Position numbers and translations under genes: made by a program | In this document: piece by piece, positions 29,699 to 39,707 of the stretch | How the letters are laid out: every line of letters starts with the position of its first letter | Position numbering within the stretch: the first letter of the stretch is position 1 | Source: Pseudothermotoga sp. | Lineage (GTDB): Bacteria > Thermotogota > Thermotogae > Thermotogales > DSM-5069 | NCBI GenBank assembly: GCA_041640575.1 | Contig: JBEPZZ010000005.1 | Coordinates: 10,368 to 74,367 of the forward strand | Length of the DNA: 64,000 nt | Direction: 5' to 3' | The notes under the pieces: generated by a model | What the model was told of the DNA's origin: nothing | What the model saw: only the letters and a program-made list of their open reading frames with translations | The model's database searches: none

Positions 29699-30720
29699 AT
29701 TCCGTTCGTCTCCCTAATAGAGTATAGTCTTTGTTTTGGGCTCACTATTTCTGTTATCCTGACACCAAAACTCTCATCGATAACCACAACTTCTCCTCTG
29801 GCTATCAATCGACCGTTCACTAAAATATCAACAGGTTCTCCAGTGAGTTTATCAAGTTCTATCAGCGACCCTACACTGAGTTCCAAAACTTGTTTCAATG
29901 TCATCTTTGCTCTTCCAAGTTCTACTACAACTTTCAAGGGAACATCCCAAAGGAGTTCAAGCTTATTATGAAGTGCTGATGGTTCTGTAACTGTAACCTG
30001 CTGTTCAGGTGTTTCAAATCTTTGAAATTGAACTGGCTGAACCTTTACCTTCTCTTCGACTTGTTTTGCTTTCTTTTCTTCTTTTGGATGAATAACATTA
30101 TAGATGTTTCTGAAGAGCAATATTGGTGCCAACAGGAAAAACTGGGATTTCGAGCCGTTTATGCTAAGTTCTCCAGTAGCCACAATTAGGATCTCAGCTG
30201 GATTGAAAACAAAACTTACACTTTCTTCTTTTCTTGCGATTGAAACTTTTATGTTCTCGACAGTTATCTTCTTTTTAGCCCTGGTTGACAATTCAGTTGT
30301 TCCAGCACCAACAATTTGATTGAAAGTCTCATTGAGTGCACTTAACTTGATATCGTCGATTTCGCCAGATACAGAGTCCTCTAGGCCTCCCATCATCATA
30401 TTTGCTATTTTTATACCTAGAGCTGTCGGTATCATTATCAAAAAGTCGCCTTTTATGCCTTCCCCTAACCTTATTTCGGCTGCAAGCATATCACCAGCTA
30501 AACCTTTCAGAAAATCCTCGAAAGGCTGCTGAGATATATCATCAAGGGAGAATGAAACATCTCGTCCTACAATTACTCCAAGCGCTGAACTAGCAGGACC
30601 CATAAATGTATTAACAACTTCCTTGATGATATTTTTGTCTTCATCCGCTACCTCTCCCGAAAGTCCTTTCAAAAGTTCGTTTAACTCATCTTGACTTAAA
30701 AAATCACTGCTCATGCTCAT
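29695..30720 (-). CDS. fliY: Flagellar switch phosphatase FliY (CheC-like + FliN domain)
   Basis: LSQDELNELL, two ExxN motifs (EVVN, ETFN), C-terminal VELGR...GEVVVIDESFGVRIT. Confidence 0.9.
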   Translation of the reverse strand: MSMSSDFLSQDELNELLKGLSGEVADEDKNIIKEVVNTFMGPASSALGVIVGRDVSFSLDDISQQPFEDFLKGLAGDMLAAEIRLGEGIKGDFLIMIPTALGIKIANMMMGGLEDSVSGEIDDIKLSALNETFNQIVGAGTTELSTRAKKKITVENIKVSIARKEESVSFVFNPAEILIVATGELSINGSKSQFFLLAPILLFRNIYNVIHPKEEKKAKQVEEKVKVQPVQFQRFETPEQQVTVTEPSALHNKLELLWDVPLKVVVELGRAKMTLKQVLELSVGSLIELDKLTGEPVDILVNGRLIARGEVVVIDESFGVRITEIVSPKQRLYSIRETNGI

Positions 30721-31705
30721 GTTCTTCCACCTCCTGAGCTATCAGGCCGGTGATTTTGACTGCTTTGCGATCCTTGTATACACCTGGTTGCGCTCTAAAC
30801 TTTGCTTGATCTTGAACAAGGATAGTTATATCATCACCTACATGTGTGTCAAGCCTTATGACGTCTCCAACCTCAAGATCCAATATTTCTCCAACAGTCA
30901 ATATCGATCGGCCCAATACTGCTGAAACATTGAGCTTCATGTTCAACGCATTGCTTTTAAGTTCCTTCGAAGCTTCCTCCATCTTTTCCTGTTTCTTGGC
31001 TGCAAACCACATCCTAGAAGTTAACTTGTCCAAGAACGGTTCTATCAGTGAAGATGGCCAACAAATATTCACAAATCCTTCTGTTTTTCCAACGACCGCA
31101 GACAAAGAAACTAGTAAGACCATCTCGGTAGATGGAGCAATCTGAACAAATAACGGGTTATTTTCGATGCTTTCAATCATTGGTGAAAAATTATATATTT
31201 CGGTCCAAGCCTGTGCTAACGTGGTCAACATGTTCATGACTTCTTTCCGCATTATCGATATCTCTATATCCGAAGGTGTTCTTTTCACACTCGGGATGCC
31301 AGGCCCACCTAGAATTAAATCAAGAATAGTGTAGAACAATTCCAACCCAATCTCGAAAACACCGTTACCAGTGAATTCAGGGGCCGAAAAAATAACTACA
31401 AAAGATGGGCTTGGCAAAGATCTTATGAACTCTTCGTATGGTACTTGGTCAATGGAGGCTAGATTAACACTCGCGAAGCTTCTGACGCGCCCAGACAAAT
31501 ATGTTGAAAGTGCTCGTGCAAAATTTTCATGGATCATATCAAAAATCCGTATATGTTCCTTCGAGAATTTACTTGGTCGTCTGAAATCATATTGTTTTAC
31601 TTTTCTTTTTTCATCTTCTTTTTTTATCTCCTCCACTGACACTTGACCTGATTTAACTGCTTGTAAAAGTTTATCAATTTCTTCTTGACTCAATACGTCA
31701 GACAC
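30704..31705 (-). CDS. fliM: Flagellar motor switch protein
   Basis: VLSQEEIDKLL, YDFRRPSKFSKE, HENFAR; GTG start at 31705. Confidence 0.96.
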   Translation of the reverse strand: MSDVLSQEEIDKLLQAVKSGQVSVEEIKKEDEKRKVKQYDFRRPSKFSKEHIRIFDMIHENFARALSTYLSGRVRSFASVNLASIDQVPYEEFIRSLPSPSFVVIFSAPEFTGNGVFEIGLELFYTILDLILGGPGIPSVKRTPSDIEISIMRKEVMNMLTTLAQAWTEIYNFSPMIESIENNPLFVQIAPSTEMVLLVSLSAVVGKTEGFVNICWPSSLIEPFLDKLTSRMWFAAKKQEKMEEASKELKSNALNMKLNVSAVLGRSILTVGEILDLEVGDVIRLDTHVGDDITILVQDQAKFRAQPGVYKDRKAVKITGLIAQEVEEHEHEQ

Positions 31706-31716
31706 GCCATCACCCC

Positions 31717-32229
31717 TCATTCAACGGAACTGATGGCTTTTATATACAAATACACACCAATAACACCAAGTCTCTCGCGGTCACCAACGAAACCTGTAAC
31801 CTCATTGATCATTGACCTTATTTGCTTTTTGAGGAGCTCTATGCCTGCAACAGTATTTAGCTCTGACCTTTCCTTACTTAAGAATATAAGCATCAACCCA
31901 TCCATTATTTGATCATGACGCTGTGCAATGGCGGCTCGACAGGCATCACTTGCTGTCGTAACTGTAAGAGAATCTATAACGGCTACTTCTTTTCCTCCCT
32001 TAAGCATGAAAGTCTGATAAGTACCGGCTTGAATAATCGTTGCCTTTATCTCAACGGGAGCAGGAGTTAATTGTTCAGACTTTTTCGAGAGTGCCAAATT
32101 ATCCCCGAGCAAAAATAAGCTGACAAAGGTCGCACCCAAAGCGACTACAGCTGGTATGATCACCATTCCAATCAAACCACCTAAACCGCCCTTCTTAGAT
32201 TTTTCCTGCTTTTCTTGATCATCTGGCAT
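31717..32229 (-). CDS. fliL: Flagellar basal body-associated protein
   Basis: Single N-terminal TM, ELNTVAGIELLKKQI; lies between motB and fliM. Confidence 0.85.
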   Translation of the reverse strand: MPDDQEKQEKSKKGGLGGLIGMVIIPAVVALGATFVSLFLLGDNLALSKKSEQLTPAPVEIKATIIQAGTYQTFMLKGGKEVAVIDSLTVTTASDACRAAIAQRHDQIMDGLMLIFLSKERSELNTVAGIELLKKQIRSMINEVTGFVGDRERLGVIGVYLYIKAISSVE

Positions 32230-32238
32230 TCTTATCAC

Positions 32239-33105
32239 CTACTTTGCTTTCTCACGTTTTATTAAAATGTCTATTCTCCTATACTTAGTCCTTAATTCCC
32301 GAAGTTTGGTTTCAAACTGATTGTCTAGATTTCTGATTTCTGCGACATATTGGCTGTAAGTGATTTCATTTCTAGACAATTTATCAGCCAAGATTTGCTT
32401 TTCAAGTTCTATGGACTGTCTCAAACTCTCTATTTCATTTTTTATCGGCCATTCTCCCATTGCTATGGGAACAAATCTTTTCATATCGTAAAAATACTCA
32501 GGATCGAAACGCCCAGCTCTTATATCTGCTAACCTTTCGATTGTTCGACGACGCTTCAGTTCTTCTGTAAAGAATTGCACAACACTTGCAGCTCTCGCCG
32601 AACCAAGGTGCCAGTTCGAAGCGTATATAGAATCGGGTAAGACTGGTTGATCATCGGTGTAACCATAAACTTGTAGAACATTTGTCGTATGTTCTATTAT
32701 CAGAGACCCGATTTTCCCAAGTAATTCCTTTGCTTCAACCGTAAGAATGGCACTTCCTGGTACAAAGAAAGCCATATCCTGCATTATTATGACTGTTCCC
32801 TCGTCTCTTTCCTCTATAGTTATTTTTCCCTTATATTCCTCAGCTATCCTTATGAGTTCCTCATACACTCCCCTTCTAGAAGTTATTAGCGGCTCTTCGG
32901 CTATAGACTTTCCACCTGTTAGAACACTTGGAGGCATTCCCGTCAAAGCTGACCTCAATCCAACAACGATCTGTTGAAATTTACCTGGACTTATTGTTGA
33001 CATCGCAAACAACAATACAAAGAACGTTAAAAGCAACGTCACCATGTCTGAGTATGTTGTCAGCCAACTTGCTTTAGGAGCTTCCATTCGCCTTTTTCTT
33101 GGCAT
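32239..33105 (-). CDS. motB: Flagellar stator subunit B (OmpA-like domain with insertions)
   Basis: WLTTYSDMVTLLLTFFVLLFAMS, GYTDD, SNWHLGSARA, RRIDI. Confidence 0.95.
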   Translation of the reverse strand: MPRKRRMEAPKASWLTTYSDMVTLLLTFFVLLFAMSTISPGKFQQIVVGLRSALTGMPPSVLTGGKSIAEEPLITSRRGVYEELIRIAEEYKGKITIEERDEGTVIIMQDMAFFVPGSAILTVEAKELLGKIGSLIIEHTTNVLQVYGYTDDQPVLPDSIYASNWHLGSARAASVVQFFTEELKRRRTIERLADIRAGRFDPEYFYDMKRFVPIAMGEWPIKNEIESLRQSIELEKQILADKLSRNEITYSQYVAEIRNLDNQFETKLRELRTKYRRIDILIKREKAK

Positions 33106-33893
33106 TAAGCCCTTGCCTCCTGCAGGGCTAGCTCATAAGCTTGCTTTTCTTGATTTGTTAAGAAAGACTTCAACTTCTCTTCCAAAACTCTTGGGTTCTC
33201 TCCGGCTTGAATTGAAAGAATACCTTCAAGAATCATCTGTTTTTGTCTCAATATTTTTGCCGCCCTTCTACCTATCTTTTCGCCCATTGGTAAGAAAATC
33301 GCATTTGAGAGCAATGAACCGTAGAAGGTGGTGATCAAAGCGACAGACATTCCAGGCCCCAAGGTTTCCGGGTTATTGAGCGTTTTAAGCATGGCTATCA
33401 AACCAATTAAAGTCCCTATCATCCCATAAGCAGGAGCAAAGCTACCAGCGGAATCCATCAAAGCTTTCTCTGCAGCTAGATCTTCTTCTATCAAATCCAT
33501 CTCAGTTTCCATCATGTTCTTCAACAGATCTGGATCAGTACCGTCTATAACCAGCTGTAAAGCTTTTTTCATGAAAGGATCTTCAATTTCGTTCAGATTC
33601 TCTTCTAAAGACAACAGCCCCTCTCTTCGAGCTTTCTCTGAGAATGAAACAAGAGTCCGCACCATACCAACGTTGTCGACCTTAGTTTCTTTGAACGCTG
33701 ACATCATGATTTGAATTATTTTAAAGCTTTTTTCCTTTGGGTGAGAAGCTATGGTTGAAGCTATCGCTCCACCAACAGTTATGAACAAAGATGGCAAATT
33801 ATAGAAAGTACCAAGAGATGATTGGTTTGATACAATACCAAATAGTATCATTCCGAAGGCCAACACAACACCAACCACTGTCGAAATATCCAT
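33105..33893 (-). CDS. motA: Flagellar stator subunit A
   Basis: ARREGLLSLE, PAYGMIGTLIGLI, ALITTFYG, GENPR. Confidence 0.96.
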   Translation of the reverse strand: MDISTVVGVVLAFGMILFGIVSNQSSLGTFYNLPSLFITVGGAIASTIASHPKEKSFKIIQIMMSAFKETKVDNVGMVRTLVSFSEKARREGLLSLEENLNEIEDPFMKKALQLVIDGTDPDLLKNMMETEMDLIEEDLAAEKALMDSAGSFAPAYGMIGTLIGLIAMLKTLNNPETLGPGMSVALITTFYGSLLSNAIFLPMGEKIGRRAAKILRQKQMILEGILSIQAGENPRVLEEKLKSFLTNQEKQAYELALQEARA

Positions 33894-33904
33894 AAAACCA
33901 CCGC

Positions 33905-34120
33905 CTACTGTTTCGGAAGATATCTCAAAATATCCATAACGGGGTAAGCTTGTCTTTTGTATTCTATCACCTTCGAGATAACCTCCTCAACTTTTTCTTG
34001 AACAATGAATTTTCTACCATTGAAAAGCGTAATCGTTGTGTCCGGCAATGCTTCGACTGTCTCAATCATTTCTGCATTCAAAACAAAAGGTTTACCTCGA
34101 AGATGTGTTAACCAAATCAT
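33905..34120 (-). CDS. flbD: Flagellar protein FlbD (SwrD-like)
   Basis: MIWLTHLRGKPFVLNAEMIETVEALPDTTITL; lies between flgE and motA. Confidence 0.9.
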   Translation of the reverse strand: MIWLTHLRGKPFVLNAEMIETVEALPDTTITLFNGRKFIVQEKVEEVISKVIEYKRQAYPVMDILRYLPKQ

Positions 34121-34128
34121 CTTTCAAA

Positions 34129-36006
34129 TTACCTCCTTAGTGCTACGACTTCTCCCAGGATCGTATCAGCCGTGGTTATCACCCTTGCATTTGCTTGAAA
34201 ACCTCTTTGTGCAATAATCATTCTTGAGAACTCTTCTGCCAAATCAACATTTGACATTTCCAATGCTCCAGGAATTAAGGTTCCTCTACCACCACTTCCA
34301 GCTGCACCAATTAACGGAAGTCCACTGTTTGCAGATACAACATACATTGAATTTCCAACGTCCGTTAAACCAGCAGGATTATTGAAGATTGCAAGAGCCA
34401 CCTGCCCAAGTATATCTGTCAAGCCATTGCTGAAAGTTCCTATGATTTCACCGTTCTCGTTCACTGCAAAAGATTGTAAATATCCCAAAGCATTTCCATT
34501 TTGGTACACAAAAGAAGCAGAATTAGATCCAGCAAATTGTGTAAGACCGGTAAAGTCAAGATTTATATTAACCGTGCTGTCGCCCATATGAGCAGCGTCA
34601 AATCTTATTGTCCTTAATTCAACAGTCCCAAGATTCAAAGTTTGATTTATGTCATCCCAACTTATTCCGTATAGGTTCTGTAATCTCCCTGCTTCGTTGA
34701 AGTTAATCAGACCTCCAACATAATTTGTCGCACCATTGGCATCTACGTATGTTATCGGCTCGCCACTTGCAGTGTAAGCTCTCCAAAGCCAAGCATTTCT
34801 CATATCAGCATACTGCCCTATTCTAGTAAGTTCTAAGTAAAGTGAATATGGATTACCAAGTGTGTCATAAACTTGCACAGCAGTTACGTATCTTGGACTT
34901 TGATACTGAAGCGAAATCAAATTTGACGGATTGTCTGATTCGTAGAACCTCGCCTCTCCTGCGGTAGGTATCGAAATAGTGGCATCACCTGCTATTGTAA
35001 TTTCATCACCAGCACTCTCATTCCCAAAAATGATGAAATAATTCTCACCAGAAATTATATCACCATCAGAAATGGTGAAATTGCCTCCAGTAACGTTCAC
35101 CGAACCTTCGTAGATGATCTGACCACTTTCGTCTTTAACCAGAACATAATAGTTGCCATCGTTAAACGTAGTTCCAAAATCGTTTTGATCAATTTGCCCA
35201 TTATTGCTTGCCAGCACTTTGAACCCTGTGCCAGACCTTACCACCCTACCAAACTCGTTCAGTTCTATAAATCCAACATCTGTTAACCTATCTTGCTCAT
35301 CCCTAAGTTCCCAGGTGTAACTCTGGGTATTACCAAATGGTCCAACTTGTCTTACAAAATCGGCTCCTGTTTTGGAAAACATAAATCTAACTGTGTAATT
35401 TCTGTTGCTGGAAGTGTCTGTGATAGTCATTGAGAACGGTAGAGGTCCGACATTTGATTGCAAGTTACCAGAAAGCGAGGCCAAACTTGTAGCCCTTGCA
35501 GGCATCGTAAGTCCGGCTTCAATGATTATATCGCCAATCGGCTGATTTGTATCAACATACCTTGTGCCCGTCGTGGGATCTTGAACAGCCCTCCAACCTT
35601 GTACTTTTAATCCGGTAGATGAATGGATCAAAGTGCCATTTGTGTCAACATCAAGTGCACCAGACCTAGTGTAAAAATATTGATTACCGTTTGAAACTAT
35701 AAAGAACCCGTCACCTTTAATCGCAAGATCCAATGTCCTACCGGTGTTCTCAAAAGAACCCTGATTCATGATCTTATCAACTGTACCAAGTTGAGAACCT
35801 AAGCCTATTTGAATGGGATTGGTTCCTCCAACGTTGTTCTGAGGACTTCTTGCAGCTTTAAGGGTTTGAGACAAAGCTGTTTGAAAGGTGACTCTTGAAC
35901 CCTTGAATCCAACCGTGTTCACGTTTGAAATATTGTTGCTAACTACATCAAGAGCATACTGAAAATTCCTCATTCCTGAGACTCCGCTGAACATTGAGCG
36001 CATCAT
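34129..36006 (-). CDS. flgE: Flagellar hook protein
   Basis: SNNISNVNTVGFK, DLAIKGDGFF, YDTLG, LEMSNVDLAEEF..QRGFQAN. Confidence 0.96.
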   Translation of the reverse strand: MMRSMFSGVSGMRNFQYALDVVSNNISNVNTVGFKGSRVTFQTALSQTLKAARSPQNNVGGTNPIQIGLGSQLGTVDKIMNQGSFENTGRTLDLAIKGDGFFIVSNGNQYFYTRSGALDVDTNGTLIHSSTGLKVQGWRAVQDPTTGTRYVDTNQPIGDIIIEAGLTMPARATSLASLSGNLQSNVGPLPFSMTITDTSSNRNYTVRFMFSKTGADFVRQVGPFGNTQSYTWELRDEQDRLTDVGFIELNEFGRVVRSGTGFKVLASNNGQIDQNDFGTTFNDGNYYVLVKDESGQIIYEGSVNVTGGNFTISDGDIISGENYFIIFGNESAGDEITIAGDATISIPTAGEARFYESDNPSNLISLQYQSPRYVTAVQVYDTLGNPYSLYLELTRIGQYADMRNAWLWRAYTASGEPITYVDANGATNYVGGLINFNEAGRLQNLYGISWDDINQTLNLGTVELRTIRFDAAHMGDSTVNINLDFTGLTQFAGSNSASFVYQNGNALGYLQSFAVNENGEIIGTFSNGLTDILGQVALAIFNNPAGLTDVGNSMYVVSANSGLPLIGAAGSGGRGTLIPGALEMSNVDLAEEFSRMIIAQRGFQANARVITTADTILGEVVALRR

Positions 36007-36012
36007 ATCATT

Positions 36013-36672
36013 TCACCCCTCCTGAGCAATTTCAACAATCGATGCAAGTGGATATTCTTTACCATTGATGTAAACGTAAATTTGATTACCCTTAAATTTC
36101 ACAGACTCAATCTTTCCACCTTCAATACCACTAATAGCTGTCTCGGATCCATCTGGATTGATCTTGTACACCGTATATTTGTACGTTCCATCACTAACAG
36201 GTAGGCCTGAACTGTCTCTACCGTCCCATTGGAAAGCATGAATTCCTTTTCCAAGTACTCCACTGGCCACTTCTTTGACTAGTTTTCCTGCTGGGTCATA
36301 AATTCTAACGACAACTGGTGCACTTTGGTCGAGTTGAAAGATCACGCTCTCAGCTATTCCACTTCGAACAGCTATTTCGTCAGATTGAACGACCGCATAT
36401 TTTCCTATCAACGATGCAGACTGAGCTTGAAGAGCACCTTTCTGAAGAGTCAAGAAATTTTCAACGGATTTGGTCATGTTCGTGATTTGTTCAAGTGTCG
36501 AAAATTGAGCAAGCTGAGCTATAAAATCTTTGTTATCCATCGGCTCAAGCGGATTTTGATTCTTCAACTGAGTTATCAGTAGGAGCAAGAAAGCATCCTT
36601 GTCAAGAGTATTGCTTGGTTTCCTCGTTGAAGGCGCCAGATGGAAAACTTGATTACTTATCGCGTTTATCAT
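36013..36672 (-). CDS. flgD: Flagellar hook capping protein
   Basis: FLLLLITQLKNQNPLEPM, QLAQFSTLEQ, WDG...DGTY. Confidence 0.95.
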   Translation of the reverse strand: MINAISNQVFHLAPSTRKPSNTLDKDAFLLLLITQLKNQNPLEPMDNKDFIAQLAQFSTLEQITNMTKSVENFLTLQKGALQAQSASLIGKYAVVQSDEIAVRSGIAESVIFQLDQSAPVVVRIYDPAGKLVKEVASGVLGKGIHAFQWDGRDSSGLPVSDGTYKYTVYKINPDGSETAISGIEGGKIESVKFKGNQIYVYINGKEYPLASIVEIAQEG

Positions 36673-38671
36673 CCTTATTCACCTCACCCTCTTGCTCTCT
36701 CCTTTGCCGTTGATGATTCTGATGTTGATCTTCTCTGCCATCTGGAAGATGTTCTTCCTCTGCTTTCTGCGATATTCTTACCTCAATTGACTCTACTTTG
36801 AAACCAACAGAAGAGAGCCTTGAAACTAAATCTTTCGAGCTCTTTTCAAGTAATTCCTTTGTGTCATCATTTGATACTTTGAACATTATGTTCAGCGTTT
36901 CACCTTGTTTCGCAATTTGTATTTCAAGCTTTCCAAGTGATGGAGGGTTCAAGTCTACAACAGCTCTTTCAACATTGGAATTATTCATGTGCTTTATAGT
37001 TTCAACAATTGTATGTAGGTTGTCACTTTTTTGCTGTTGCTCAACCTTTGTTACCACCGTTTCTAAACTTCTTGGAAGCTGTCGAACTTCCACAATGGTT
37101 TGCTCATTCTCGTAAGCTTTTTTACCAAGCCGTACACTTAAAATCTCCTTAGTTTTCTCAGCCTGTTCAAACTTCATCTCATACAGATGCTCTCTTTCAA
37201 TTGGTCTCTCGGTTTTTAAATCTCTTGCAATTTCTAGTTTCAAATTTTCTATTTTTATTGGCTCAGACAACTTCAAATTTTGAGGCAACTCCTTTTTCAG
37301 GTTTCTATATTGCGAGAATTCGCTTCGATATTCCTCGAAATTTCTCACAAGATTGCCAAGGATAACTTGCACTTGCTTAATTGTTATTACAGTTTTTCCT
37401 ACCATGGTAGATTCGTTTACTTTGCTTTCAGCCCAATTTATGTTTCCAATGGTTTTAGTACCTTTATTTTGATGATTCAAGTTGAGCATTTCAACGTGTT
37501 CCCTACCATTGGAAACCATGTATTCAACTTTCGAATTCATAATTGCTTCTTTGATAGCATTAGTTAAAGTTTCTGGCTCCTTCTTTGAAGTAATAGGCTG
37601 ATTGGTGATCACATTCTTAGTGGATAAAAGCTTTGGGAGGCTAATTTGATCAAATTCTCTTTGCAAAGGCAAATTTGTGCTATCAGTAAGAGATAAATTT
37701 CTGTCTATTCGAGAATCAGTGCTGGCGTTAGCAGGTCTCTGCTTAACCATATCACTTTTCAAAACGGCTTGGTTCAGCATAGATTCTTGTTCTTTGGTTT
37801 GAATCGTTTCTGCTTTAAGTTTTGCCATCTTTTCATCTCGATCCGGTATGTTCAACTTAACCTTTTTGTTTTCGGCAGCATCTACTGAATCAACCTTTTG
37901 GATCGAAGATTCTAATATCTGAACATGCTTTTGATGCTCAACTCTTGGTTGAGGTTGGTTGAAGGTGGGGGCTTTCAAAATGTTCTTTTCACCATTTGAA
38001 TCATTGATCGTTCTTTGGACATTTGTATCGATCTTTTGACCTGGGAATTGTGATGTTTGTAGATAATTTTGCTGATCCTGCTTCAACTGAATTTGAGATA
38101 GATTTTGATGCTTTAGATCATATTTCAATTCCTCGAACCAGCTAATAGTTTGATCTGTGCGAAGTTTATCTTGATTTGAATTTTTGTCTAAAACCTCGTT
38201 ATTATTTGGCAGCTTCTCAACTAATTTGCTCTGGTTGGACTCTAATAGTAAGTTCTGAACAATTTCTTTTGTTTTTTGAGTAGCAAGTTGTTCACCCTTT
38301 TTGCTTTCAACCAGCGAACTGTTCGGCAAACTGGTTGTTAACTGCTGACTTTCATTTGTTTCTATCTCTAAGTTTTTAATTTCAACCGATTTGGAATTTA
38401 AATTGACAAAGTCATTCTGTCGATTTTCCTCTTGAACCTTTTGAACCTGCTTCAAAATTGACTCTTGCTCCTTCTGGTCTTGATCAATTTTGAAAGCAAT
38501 CCCTTGAGAAAGGGCAACCTTTTGAAAACCGAATTGCTGATCAGTCAATTTCTTTGATTTCACTAGCTCTAAAACAGTTTGGAAAGACAATGCTTTCGAC
38601 ACTGAACCAAAATTCTGATCAACTCGATTGCTTTGCTTGGGACCAACAATTTGTATAAAATTGAGTTTCAT
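36653..38671 (-). CDS. fliK: Flagellar hook-length control protein
   Basis: Long Q/N/K/E-rich disordered region; C-terminal LNPPSLGKLEI domain; upstream of flgD. Confidence 0.88.
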   Translation of the reverse strand: MKLNFIQIVGPKQSNRVDQNFGSVSKALSFQTVLELVKSKKLTDQQFGFQKVALSQGIAFKIDQDQKEQESILKQVQKVQEENRQNDFVNLNSKSVEIKNLEIETNESQQLTTSLPNSSLVESKKGEQLATQKTKEIVQNLLLESNQSKLVEKLPNNNEVLDKNSNQDKLRTDQTISWFEELKYDLKHQNLSQIQLKQDQQNYLQTSQFPGQKIDTNVQRTINDSNGEKNILKAPTFNQPQPRVEHQKHVQILESSIQKVDSVDAAENKKVKLNIPDRDEKMAKLKAETIQTKEQESMLNQAVLKSDMVKQRPANASTDSRIDRNLSLTDSTNLPLQREFDQISLPKLLSTKNVITNQPITSKKEPETLTNAIKEAIMNSKVEYMVSNGREHVEMLNLNHQNKGTKTIGNINWAESKVNESTMVGKTVITIKQVQVILGNLVRNFEEYRSEFSQYRNLKKELPQNLKLSEPIKIENLKLEIARDLKTERPIEREHLYEMKFEQAEKTKEILSVRLGKKAYENEQTIVEVRQLPRSLETVVTKVEQQQKSDNLHTIVETIKHMNNSNVERAVVDLNPPSLGKLEIQIAKQGETLNIMFKVSNDDTKELLEKSSKDLVSRLSSVGFKVESIEVRISQKAEEEHLPDGREDQHQNHQRQRREQEGEVNKDDKRDK

Positions 38672-39627
38672 AACCCCACTCCCTTGACAACAAGGCGTTC
38701 AAACAACTCAGGCTTTTGGTCCCGTATTTGTTTGAGAAGCTCCTTGACTCTTTCTATTGGAAGTTGCGAAAATATCATCATAACAGAAATTTCATCCAAC
38801 GACAGAGAATCAATCATTCTCAATATTTGCTGGTCGCTCATAGATCTAAGTACTTCAGCAATAACTTTTTTGAGCACCTGAGTTTCTATTAAAGATGCCT
38901 CCTGCTTGACTAACTCTTGTCTTTTCTTTTCCAAATCCTTGCTAAGTTTATCCAGATCTCCTAGAATTTTTTCAACTGAACCGAGCTCATTCATCACTTC
39001 AGCAGCTTTGTTAGCATCAATTTTCCCCAGCTCAGATAAAATATCCGAACGTGTTGTGGCATCCATGGAATGCAAAGCGGCTGCAACTGAAATAACCGAA
39101 AATCGTTCACTTGCTAAGACTCTCGCAATGTTAGAAGGATCAGCTTGCTTGAGAGTTTCTGTTACTTTCTTTACATCCTCTGGCGTCCTAATTCTATGAA
39201 GTATCATGTCGATCTCCAGGTTCTTTTCTTCCCATGATTTTCTTAGTTCTAAGAGGGCGTTTCTTGAAATTTCCAAAGTTTGGAAATCCTGCGCAATTTG
39301 CTGCCCTTTCGCATTTATCTCACTCAAAATTTGTTCTACTCTTTCCACAACACCCTGGGCGCTTTCTTCAAAATATTGCCCAGCCGTCATTATCATCAAA
39401 GGTTCATATTTGACAAAACGATTCACATACGGAAGTTTTGAAATCAAAAACGAGACATAACTTCTCCAGCCTTCAAAAGGCTGGATATTGATTCCTTTCA
39501 GTCTGTTGTATTCAAAAACAAAATAACCGTAAACAAGAACTGTAAAACCTATGAACAAAGCTAACAAAAGGGCTTTGAAAAATACTCTTACGCTCTTTTT
39601 TCGGCGCTTTTCTTCTGCCAAATTCAA
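38668..39627 (-). CDS. Membrane-anchored coiled-coil flagellar protein (MotE/FlbB/YlxF-like, MgtE_N-like repeats)
   Basis: N-terminal TM, coiled coils, AAALHSMDATTRSDILSELGKIDANKAAEV; upstream of fliK. Confidence 0.65.
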   Translation of the reverse strand: MNLAEEKRRKKSVRVFFKALLLALFIGFTVLVYGYFVFEYNRLKGINIQPFEGWRSYVSFLISKLPYVNRFVKYEPLMIMTAGQYFEESAQGVVERVEQILSEINAKGQQIAQDFQTLEISRNALLELRKSWEEKNLEIDMILHRIRTPEDVKKVTETLKQADPSNIARVLASERFSVISVAAALHSMDATTRSDILSELGKIDANKAAEVMNELGSVEKILGDLDKLSKDLEKKRQELVKQEASLIETQVLKKVIAEVLRSMSDQQILRMIDSLSLDEISVMMIFSQLPIERVKELLKQIRDQKPELFERLVVKGVGL

Positions 39628-39707
39628 GTTCCTCCTGAATCATTTTTCAACGATTCGGGTGATTTATCCTAAGGTCAAAGACGAAATATAATTTGATAGG
39701 TGATAAA

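Noticed and set aside
39628..39707. Sigma-28 promoter for the flagellar operon
   Set aside because: No TAAA-N15-GCCGATAA-like match with correct spacing found
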